DNA of 64,000 nucleotides from Octopus sinensis. Taxonomy: Eukaryota. The stretch lies in contig NC_042997.1 in assembly GCF_006345805.1 (NCBI RefSeq), positions 152,582,001 to 152,646,000 of the forward strand, written 5' to 3'. The notes below the pieces were generated by a model. It did no database searches. It was given only the letters and a program-made list of their open reading frames with translations, and had not been told where the DNA came from. Below are positions 52,682 through 64,000 of this stretch, piece after piece. Positions within the stretch are counted from its first letter, which is position 1, and each line of letters starts with the position of its first letter. Both the position numbers and the translations under genes were made by a program.

Positions 52682-54162
52682 ATCAGAATACGTGAATGGC
52701 TAAATCTGTAGATCGCCTAACAAAATACGTTCCAGTATTTAGTTACACTTATTTGCACTCCGAGTTCTAATCCTTCCAAGGCCTATTTTGCCTTTTATCT
52801 TTTAGAAGCTATAAAATAATCCATAGTCTCATGTTGGAGTTAATAAATTCAATTATATTCCTTCCCAAAAATATGCTGCTTTATGTCTATCTTAGGAAAC
52901 AATGTTATATTGTTGTGACTCGATTTTTGAACCATATCTCAGAGTGTTTCGCCCGTAGCTAGTATTCTGATTCTCGATATCAGTCAATATTAAATGACAT
53001 TTTAATCCTTCTGGGGTCGACTTTGCATTTCATCTTTCGAGTTCGGTAAAAAAAAGTACCTGTTGAGATTTGGGCCGATGTAATCGACTTAGCCCTTACC
53101 CCAAAATTGCCGGTCTTGTTTCAAAATTTGAAACGAATATTAAATGAGATTTTAAACTCAGGTCGGCTATGGTTGAGCAGACCTACGACTAATGGCATTC
53201 CAAATATGGCAACCCCATCTTTTGTTTTCAGACAGAGTGCAATCTAATGATACTTGATGGAATTACACAGTATGACTTTATTTCCTTTAAGGCAGTTGCA
53301 TGTGGCTTGAGGGAAATTTAATACTATTCTTGGCAGCTCAAACGACTATGGTGAGGCTCCACATTAACTAATATTAAAATAGTAATGCTCCTTGCTCCTG
53401 AGAAAGAAGCAAATTACATAAAATCTCATTTTCAACTCACGATAATATCTAGATAAGTGACTTAATATGAAATTATTATAATTTTGTCATAATTTATGAG
53501 CATCTTCGTCACATCCAAGAATGCCATTTAAAGCCATCTCTGTAAAGCATCTATGACAAAGCATTTCTAGGAGTACAGATTTAAATTCCATCAAGTTTAA
53601 CCGATTACGAATAATGATGAGACCCAGCTGTTTTCAACTGGTCAATAGCGAAATAATAACACTTCAAGTCCATTCACAAAGAAAATATGATGAATGGTCT
53701 CGTATATGGAAGATGTGATTTTATAAGCCTGGCATTTATCGAACACGTATAAGAGTGGGTCCATCGAAGAAATAAAAGGATATTTCAGACAAGCTGTCAC
53801 CTCTATGGTACATATCTTTCTCTTGCTTTCTCTTTCTAATATTCTAATATATCTATTTATCAATATATGTGCAAGTAAATGTAGAGTAGTGCACATGCTA
53901 TATGCAAACAATATGCACACAGAATTACGTACATTTAAATATGAGAATATGTGCGCAATATAGAAGCACATAAAAGAGAAGGAGAGAGACGGAGAGAAAG
54001 ATTACTCACAGATAAAAAGACAAACAGATAGATAGGTTAATCGATAGATTGCTAGACAGACCGACAAGCAAGTAGACAAAAATACAAAAGACAAAAAAGA
54101 ATAATTAAAACGAAATAGATCAATTTATATACGTACATAGACACAAGAAACACGCACACACA

Positions 54163-54214
<52 letters not shown>

Positions 54215-56289
54215 CACAAGTACACACACATACTTATAGAGATAGATAGATAGATAGATACATACATACATACATACATACATACATACATACATACATA
54301 CATAATACATACATACATACATAATTACATACATACATTAAGAGATATATAATAAGTGAAAGAATTCTCCCAAAAGGTAAATCAAAATGAATCTATATTT
54401 TGCACTAATTACCTTATGTAATGCAAAGGATACACAATATTGGAAATTGCTTTAAAGAACGCCTATACTTTCCGCAAACATGCAAAAGACGCTTGCACAC
54501 GCATATACACACACACAGAGGAAACTGAAATATCAGAATATTAAAGTTAATAAAAAAAACATAATAAAACTAGGATTAAATATATTGAAAACTAGTTTCA
54601 GATTATCATTACCTGTAGAGCAGAAATAAAAAATGAGCCCTCTTCCCTAGTCATAAGTAAGTATGATTGGAAATTAGACTAACAATACATCCAAACTGCA
54701 ATAAATCTATCTCATTTTCGCGAAATTGATTTACACACAAAAATACCAAAATTTCCTTAGATATCAAGTTGATATAGGAAATACTACTATCAAATTGGTG
54801 TAGGGCATAGCGTGGGGTTTCGTTATTCATATATAGTAGACGTATTGTTTACTGTTCGTCATCTTCCTCAAATTTCCAAATTTACATCTTATGGTAAAAA
54901 GCAACGAATTTTGAGAGGGTTCCCTCTAACCCGTGTTCGTTATACTTTTGTGTCCTGCAAGGTTTGACCTCCTACTGTAATTTATACCAAAACATTCAAA
55001 TTCAAATGTTCCTAAGTTTCTCCATAATATTTCTGCACACAGGCGTCATCCATATAGAGTTTGAAATCTTACACCAAAAATAAAGAGAATCTATAAGCAG
55101 AGGCACTGATGGCATCTTTCAATGAAGACATGATGATTTAGTCTCATTCATAAACACATAAACTCAACTACATATGTAGCAAACGAACTTCATAAAATAT
55201 GTATTCCACACCAACGTTTGTTTAACTTTGCTAACTAGCAAGGGATCTTCTACAAGTTTGTTAATTAAACTAGAAATAGCAACGGAATATTCCTTAAACC
55301 AACCCGTTCAACTGAAACAAAATTGCATTGGATGACTGTAGCCATGTATATACTAAGTAGAAGTTAAAATTATCAAGGCTGGAGCGCCTTTCAACATACG
55401 TTCGTCTACATGATCAGGGATGACCTTGGGTGAAAAAATCGCACCTGTAAAACAAAGGGCACATTGGATAGCGTAGTATAAGATATACTATATAAAAAAA
55501 TAGCCACAGCTGGGATAGTATATTCTGTCTGAATAAGAAGGCTGGATGACCATGGCGGAAGCCTCTTTTATCATAGGTACGTATCCATGATAAGAGATGA
55601 CCAGCGGTCGAACAAGCCACACAATAGGGATACATTGGATAATGTAATCCAAATACATTTCGTCTGTTAATGGCTACTATTTAAATGCATTTATTTCATA
55701 AATCTGTTGTATTATACTTGGAATGAGAATACAACAAAAACAATAAACTAGCGAAATTACTGGTGCTATCAATCTCTTATGAACGCGATCCAAACATTAT
55801 AGAAAGCACAGAGACAGCAAAGGAAATTGTCTGAATTTAAAACATGTTTTGAATTACAGAATCTTGTATCGACTTTTAAATGGTTATCAACAGAGAAATA
55901 ATGACGAAGTAGCATGTCATTCAAATTTTTGTAAGGAAGCATCATGGCTAAAGTACAATGAATTATCAGCAACTTGTAATTAACCTGCTATGCAAATTTG
56001 ACTCCAGTAACTCATTATCAATGTTAGTGGAATTTGTTTTTGTTGTCAGATTGGCAGAAACAGTAGAGCATCAGAAGAAATGCTGTCAGAGACGTTTTAG
56101 TTTGTCTTTTGTTTTTCATTTCTTTACTTTGATTTTTGTCTTTAAGATTTCGGGATCGATAAAATATGTACCAGTGAAACACTGGGGTCGATGCAATCAA
56201 CTAGTCCCCACTCCACAGATTTCAAGCCATGTGCCTTTAGTAGAAAGGATTATTATTATTATTTCTATAGTTGCCATCTTTTATGGCAG

Positions 56290-57160
56290 GCCTGTGTGTA
56301 ATTATGCCACAGTTCTTGCTCGCAGCTCAGTGACACAATACTATCCTTATCACACGAATCATTCCAGACACCTCAATCATTTGTGCAATCACTCAGGTAT
56401 TGCATTCAAATTCTTTGAAATTGCTCAGAGTGCGCTCTTAACAAAAGGGACAGTTATGACTTGCTTGATGTAGTTCCCATATGCGGATCGCCAAATCCTG
56501 AGATTCGTTTACATTCACTCTTTCAGAAATTTGAACATTTTAGTGAGCGAGACAGCGATGTCTATGTTGACCCATTCATGTATATATTTGTGCAAAATTA
56601 GGATATCGGGGCAAATATACTCTACAGGCCAGTCTGTAAAGATGGTCATGTCACACAGATCTTCATTTGCTCATTCTCAACCAATGCCTGTGGAATGTGA
56701 TCATATCACTTATCTGTGCACGGAAAATCGTATTTCTTGTAAAGTTTCCACTACACCCTAAGAGCAACCTTCATATGTCGCCATCTGTACACTTTTTATG
56801 CTAATTGTGAGCAGCCATTGATAATGTGATATACACTTTCAGTGTCCTGCTCACATTTTCTCCACAATAGCTACTCTGACGTGTAGTTAATAGAGTACTT
56901 GACCTAAATATGTTCTCAAAGCCTGTTCTCAGGCTGCAAAGTTTATCTCTTTGGTCTCTTTCTTCAAATACCCATTCTGCAACCATCTCCATGATTCGGG
57001 TCCAGCCAGCTTCTGTGTTTCTTGTGAAAACACTCAGTATATTGGCTTCTATTTTCGTAACGCCACCTTCTCCTCACGCATCCATTTCTTAAATCACCCA
57101 AATATTCTGTCTCTGCTAGTACATTCTCATGCAGAGTTGCCTTTTAACTTCCACTTGTGA
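56290..57160 (-). pseudogene. R4/Dong-like (RLE-endonuclease) non-LTR retrotransposon 3' remnant
   Basis: SWRWLQNGYLKKET...EQALRT; YCG...ESVYHIINGCSQLA (CCHC knuckle); YRWRH..VA..V.WKL.KKY; YDHIP; PDILI...IDIAV (PD..D nuclease); stops and frameshifts. Confidence 0.7.
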
Positions 57161-57241
57161 CATGACTATAAATACGCATAATATGAAATGTATATATATC
57201 GTATACATTCCTCCAAAATCAACCCTCTTCTTCTTATTATT

Positions 57242-57450
57242 AAGGCGGTGAGCTGTTAGAATAGTTAGCACACCGGGTAAAATGTCTAGCGGTGTTTAGT
57301 CTGTCATTGCACGTTCTGAGTTTAAAGGTTGATTTCGCCTTTCATCCTTTCGTGGTCGATAGACGAAGTACCAGTTTTCAACTGGGGTCGACGTACTCGA
57401 TTTACCTTTCCCTTCAAACTTGCTAGCATTGTATCAACATTTGAAATTAT
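57242..57450 (+). mobile_element. SINE family B, diverged
   Basis: ggcggtgagctgttagaatagttagcac...gatttcgcctttcatcctttcg. Confidence 0.65.
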
Positions 57451-58259
57451 CATTATGATTATTAAGACGCCAAGCTCACAGAGTCGTTAGCACGCAGGAC
57501 AAAGCATTTGACATCCATCCGTCTTTATATTCTAAGTTCTAATTCGATTTTGCCTTATTTGAAGCAAATGTTAATGTTCACTCTAATGTGAAGACCAAAC
57601 ACAGTAAAAGTATTCGTTAAATTCTTCTGAATCTAAGTTTAGTCCATTAGATGGGTATAACATGATCAGAACCTCAGCTCAATGAAGATCTAACTCTAAA
57701 TGATAGTAGTGAAAATTATAAAAGCTTATTAACTTCTGCTCATAGTTGATTGATACATTTGACCTATAAGAAATTGTCATGGGAAAGTAATAGTTTTCGG
57801 ATATTCGTTAGAAAGTTTAAAACGTTATCACTAATTTCAGTGAATGAACTACTGCACGTTAAAGCTTTTAAAAGTATACGTTTTGTAATGGGGAAATAAA
57901 ACTCCACCATATTAAACTGAGTGAATTTACAATAATGTTTATCCCGTGAGCAATTGAACCATATGGCACCGAATTACCTTTGTTTCATAAAGGTAAGACG
58001 CTAACTTGTTGATATTTAAATCAAAATGGAACCTAAAGTACCACTGCTAATTTTATGTAATTCACTTTACGCAGGATTAATGATGACGCATGGAGTTAGA
58101 TAAACAAATTACCCTATGTGGACTTTGAGAGTTATATAGCATTGACACTTTGGTAGACATTCAATTCTGATATCTATTTTAGGTTCTGGCAGAGCTTTTA
58201 CGTTGATCTTGTGGTATGTGTTAAAATTTGCTTCATTTAGTAATTGCAAATAAATAAGC

Positions 58260-61247
58260 CAGTTTTGAAAATTTTTGAATCTAGCATTTAGCAGGGAAAA
58301 TAGCAGGTTTAAATTATTATTTAGCATTTCTTCTTAGCATTTCTCCCTGATCATGACATTTCCACAATAGTTACCTTTTTCTTCTTTTTCCTCCTTTTCT
58401 ACATTCATTAATGTATCTTATAACTAAATTTTAGTATTATCGATTATTGTTGAATTTTTCTTTCACTTTCTTGAAATTTCAAATGAAAGTTTATCAAGAG
58501 GAAGTTTAGCAAGTTATGAACTTTTCCAGCCCCTCCTCCGGCTTGGATACAGATTGGGGGGGGGGATGAGAAGATAACTCATATCAGCAATGCAAATATG
58601 TTGCAAAGAGTGAAATCATGGAAATTCGTCCTAAAATGCTTTATTCTGTAGTGATGAGTTTTTATCATAACAGATTGACTGATTTACCTTCAGTTTGACT
58701 GTTTTAAAATAGGCCTCCGTTTTTTCAGGCTTGTTTTGGATTATATATCTTGTATAGAAGTACGGGGGTGGCGTGGTCTTCCCCTTCATATTTCTACTTA
58801 CTTTTTTTTTCAAGTATTGTAGTTATATTTGTAGTTTTACCATAGATATTAAATGTAAGATTGGAAGCAAAATGTGATGTTCCCTTGTTTATATCAGAAC
58901 ACAGCTTTAGGATTTCTGCATATTTTACGTTTCCTTTTATAAGTTGGCCACCTTGCATCCTGAATCAGTATTCTTCACTCCAAGAATTTGTAAGCAGCAA
59001 ACATAAGACTTGTTAATGACGAATGAAAGAATCGTTAGCGGCAAAGTGATAAGTTGTGTTTTCAATTTTATATTTTTATCAATCATTCAATTTATTTTCT
59101 TGCTTCTAACTACATTATTATGAGCAGAGAAAAAATAAAGTTATATCAGAAAAAATTCCAAACGGAATGGTTTAAAATGCCAGGGTTTACTAAGTGGTCG
59201 TGCGATGTACCTAGTAACTAATCTAAAGCACATTGCAGATGTAGTAGATGTAATATGTTGGCAAAATATTCTCTTTTAGTAAGCCACTGTGAAGCAAAGA
59301 AACATAAGGCATCAACTCCACAGCAAATGATTCCTCTTACCAATTATATTAAAAACAAAAATTGATAAGGCATCTATGCTTGAAACAAATTTAGCAATGC
59401 TTATTTGTTGCCACTCATCATTTAACAAGCTGTGATCACTTAATAGAGATATGTAAGATTTAAATGTCTGATAGTGATATTATATCCAAAGTGAAGTTGC
59501 ATCTTGCAAAATGTTCAAATAATGTGAGCTCCATATTTTGATGGATATTTGATTTCTGATATAGGAGATATAAAATTTAGCCTGTTATTAGATGAATCCA
59601 ATGATATATCGATAAACAAGTTGTTAGGAATTGTGATCATATATTATAGTGACACTCACAAAAATGTGGTACATACATATCTCAGTATGGTATCTTTAGA
59701 AATATGCGATACAGATGGCATTGTAGATACCTTAAAAATTGAATTAGTGAAAAAGAAATTAGAAATAAAAAAATTACTGGCTATAGGAACCGACAATGCT
59801 AGAGAAATGATAGGAGTCAACGATGGTGTGTTCCAGAAATTAAAATAAGTTCCATCATTACTTCTATTTAGATGTGTATGTCGTTCTTTACCGTTGGCAA
59901 CATCCCACACTTGTGCTGAATGCTTGCCCATAAATTTAGAATTTTTAGTATCCGAAACCGATAAATGGTTCCCTCATTCTTCAACAAGACAGAATGCCTA
60001 CAAACAACTTTACCCTGCTGTGATAAAGCGCCTTTGAAGATCGGGAATTCTTGTACAACTAGGTGGCTGTCAATAGAACCAGCGGTAAATAGAATTTTAA
60101 GCCATAGATTTGAAAAGCAAACTCACTTCCAAACTACAACCACAAAAGAAAAATGCATTACAGCACAAACGTTACATGAAATGTTTTGTAATTCTAGGAA
60201 TGAACTTTACCTTTTATTTTTGTATCCAATTTTAAAACATTTTCAGGTAGTGAATAAACTCTTTGAATCAAACACTGTCGACAAAAGAAAATTACTTGAA
60301 GAACGTACAAATTTGATCAAATTTGTTGCTAATATGATAGTGTTACCAGCATGTAGAATTGATCCTCTTGATCTGGATGGTTCTATTGAAAAAATTCTGG
60401 ATCCTAAATCAAATTTAGGCTACAGGTTCGAGAGAAAGATAGCAGAAAAGATTACCAAGAAAACTGTAACAGCCACCAAAGGAAATAGTATTCGCAAATG
60501 AGCACGACAATTTTTACTCTGCTTTCATAAAGAGCTCAAGCACCGTTTGCCAGGAAATATTAATATACTGAGGAATATCAAATGTTTTTCAGTAGAGAAT
60601 ATTTTGCAGCATTTCAAAGAGCCAATTTTACCTGTCTTAGAAGCAAGGCATTTAAATGAAGAAAATATTGCTTCAATTGAAATTCGGTTTAATAGCCTTC
60701 ATTTAGTTGTCTAATACTGAAGCATTCTGTCTGGAAGTCTTGGAATATAAAGGTGCTACTGGAGGAAATCCCTTTAGAGATGTTGCAAATTTTGCCATTA
60801 ATCTATTGACAATGCCAAACTCAAATGCAGAAGTTGAACGGTTTCTCAGTAGTATGGGTGTAATCAAATCAAAATTAAAAAACGAAATGCATCTTCCTAT
60901 GCTTAGATCAATACTGTCAATAAAATATGGCCTGAAAAGATATAGCAAATGTTGCAAGACTTCGATATTCTAAAATACATAATTAACAATACTGGGACCT
61001 TGAATATATACAGAAATCAAGACTTAGGCACTGCAGCTAAAAGTGATCAAATCAGTGAAATTTAAGAAATTATTTCTCAATGAAATATAATTAAAGAAAG
61101 TAAATAAAAAGGTAAATAAAAATCAAACTTTTTGATATAATTAGTATTTAGCAATTTTCTTTTTGCATATTTAGCACTTTTTAGCATTTTTTGGTAATTT
61201 TTCTACTGAAATTTAGCATAAAATTCTGATTTTGAGTTGGCAACACT
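58260..61247 (+). mobile_element. Decayed hAT DNA transposon (left boundary uncertain)
   Basis: Right end reads AGTGTTGCCAAC on the minus strand (hAT-type TIR); TTAGCA subterminal repeats at 61140-61220 and 58280-58340; left TIR only weakly matches. Confidence 0.7.
59120..60973 (+). pseudogene. hAT transposase pseudogene
   Basis: N-terminal Cys/His zinc motif (KAHCRCSRC...H...KKH); LLLDESND; GTDNA; CVCR (CxxH mutated); TRWLS; SNAEVERFLS dimerisation domain; stops and frameshifts. Confidence 0.85.
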
Positions 61248-61504
61248 TTAACTGATACATAAATATCTTATTAGACGCGTGCGCAATATAGTATATATAT
61301 ATATATATATATATCTATATATATAAATAATAAATATTAGGGAATAAATCCAAATTTACAGGGAAAAAATCAGATTTAGGATTAAATCCAATTTTATAGT
61401 AAAATATTATAAAATATTATTAGAGACAAAACCACTATTTTGCAAAACAAACAAGGAAAGACTTAATCAATACATAAAATTTTAATAAATAGTCAAAAAA
61501 ACCG

Positions 61505-61547
61505 CCACTACAATTGTTTCTTGTCTTGATCGACAATCTTCAGGTGG
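61505..61547 (-). ncRNA. Type I hammerhead ribozyme, canonical core, left arm
   Basis: Helix I CCAC/GUGG; CUGAAGA; helix II UUGUC-GAUCAA-GACAA; GAA; palindromic helix III ACAAUUGU; GUA. Confidence 0.75.
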
Positions 61548-61607
61548 ACTTCCAATAAGTCAGTTTCAAATTATGAAGTCATAATTTGAAACTGACTTAT
61601 TGGAAGT

Positions 61608-61650
61608 CCACCTGAAGATTGTCGATCAAGACAAGAAACAATTGTAGAGG
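61608..61650 (+). ncRNA. Type I hammerhead, right arm (helix I carries an A.A mismatch)
   Basis: Mirror of 61505-61547 except GAGG in place of GUGG. Confidence 0.6.
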
Positions 61651-61737
61651 CGGTTTTTTTGACTATTTATTAAAATTTTATGTATTGATTAAGTCTTTCC
61701 TTGTTTGTTTTGCAAAATAGTGGTTTTGTCTCTAATA

Positions 61738-62296
<559 letters not shown>

Positions 62297-62440
62297 CATG
62301 CTCTTCCTCCTTCCCGTCATTTCAGCAATGTAACTACTCTTATAACGTTCGCGATTACTTTCCATTCTTTGGACTATTCCCTTTTTCATTTCACCAAACA
62401 TCAAGCTAACATATTTCTTGTGCACGTCCTCGCATTTGTC

Positions 62441-62474
62441 ACTGTTGAGTTTCCAGCGCGATGCTGGTCGTCAG
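62441..62474 (-). ncRNA. Degenerate hammerhead-like motif
   Basis: CUGACGA; extra C; CAGC/GCUG; GAA; ACU-CAAC-AGU; position 17 is G (violates NUH); no helix I. Confidence 0.28.
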
Positions 62475-62735
62475 CCATTTTGAATTTGAATGATAAAAGT
62501 TGATTGTTATTACTGTAAGGTGAGCTGCGATTGTTCAATGAAGGTTACGCGGTGTCGTGGTTTGATGTTGGTATATGAGTAACGCTTAGTTGGACAATAC
62601 TACATGGCGAACATGAAATTGTGTTGTAGGGGTAGTAAGAAGGGGCGGCATGTGTAATATATGTATATATATATATAATTAATATATATATATATACACA
62701 TATATATTTGTATACATATATAGACACACACATCG

Positions 62736-62766
<31 letters not shown>

Positions 62767-64000
62767 ATACATACATACATATATAAATATGTTGAAGGAC
62801 ACTAAAGTAAGCGTGGTATGTACAGGCACCAAATAGGGCACAGATAAAGCTGAAACTTAAACCAGTGCAGATAGTTCCGTTGTTATTATGTGGATTATAA
62901 GAACAATTTTTATTGCGCAGTTATGGAAATAAAAATATGTAGATAAACAAAAGTAGGCATAAGGTGTGTTTTTACATAGAAATGTGAGAATAGAAATATA
63001 AAATGAATGATGTAATCAGGTATTATCTTTACGCACAGTTATTGAATTACCAGTGACTGGTGACATAAACGTTTATATTATATAATAAAGTCCAATGATA
63101 TTGTGAGCGTATGAATTAGAGATTTGTGATGAGAAATCGTGTTACTCGCATCTGAAACAGCTGCAAAGATAAATTTTTTATTACATCATTCATTTATTTG
63201 CATATATACATATATATCATACCTTTATCAAATAAGTGCATTATAGACCTTAAATTCACATTCTAAGAGAAGTCCTCCACTTACCGTTCAGTTGTGGATT
63301 GTACAATGACTTCTATCTAGCTTCTGCTATAGAAAGCTGGTCATCTAAACAACGATCCTTATATTAGTCACCACCACCACCATCCTCCTCCTCCTCCTCA
63401 TCATCATAATCACCAATGTAATTTTGTTGCTGTTATCACTATCGTTGTTGCAGTTGTTATTGCCATTGTTATTCAACAGTCTCATTTTTATTGCGGCTTT
63501 TCGCTGCCCTAGCTAAACAGCTCTGTGAGCTTTAGATATGTAAAGTGTTTCCTTTGGCTACTTTTACAGTAACGAATATGCCTTATGAAATATATGTAGC
63601 ACATAGTAGTGCTGTATTATGAATAGTAGTACTGTATTCTGCATGTAATTTTTTGAAATGAGAACCTGGTTATGTATTAGTATGTATATTGCTTTAGCAT
63701 TCCTAGGGCACCCGTTGTTCTTTCCCTTGTAATATTTCCCAACAATATCTGACATTATAACACGATCTTTCTCAGTGTGTGTATATTTCAGAGCATGCCC
63801 GTATTATCGTTCTCGATAATGTTTTATCGTGAATTTTTTCTGCCGATATTATATAATGTTAGCATAGCCTACACTATAAGTCTCAACTTTGTCATGTCTC
63901 TGGTTTAATTATTATTTGATTAAGCCTGGGATCTCAGAGACAATGCAATTAATACTTTTTATCCAGCTCCGTATATTCTGCAGTCACTCACTGTTTTCTG

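Noticed and set aside
54605-54635. Minus-strand polypyrimidine CAG|GTAATG resembling a recursive splice site
   Set aside because: A single motif match is expected by chance in AT-rich DNA, and there is no known host transcript.

Overview
AT-rich, microsatellite-dense eukaryotic DNA. The SINE sequences and repeat landscape resemble an octopod cephalopod (Octopus-like); this is inference from recognition, not a database result. No intact host gene could be established, so the window looks intronic or intergenic, with a few weak exon candidates on the minus strand. Recognisable transposons: a Penelope-like element (RT + GIY-YIG) with 1.26-kb inverted arms (18925-22458); a 5.6-kb Helitron with both termini, ten 23-aa STPR-like repeats and a deleted catalytic-tyrosine motif (34308-39897); an internally deleted mariner (5590-6442); a decayed hAT (about 58260-61247); Tx1/L1-like and R4/Dong-like LINE remnants; a non-autonomous Helitron; a MITE; and four tRNA-derived SINE families. 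The most striking signal is not in the ORF track: about 16 type I hammerhead-ribozyme-like motifs at about 12 loci. Most lie in short ORF-less fold-back (inverted-repeat) elements inserted in (TA)n tracts, usually with a palindromic helix III. Across families the motifs show three different Watson-Crick versions of the catalytic 3-8 pair (C3-G8, U3-A8, G3-C8), and one family carries U4C. All folds were read by eye; none has been tested for cleavage.
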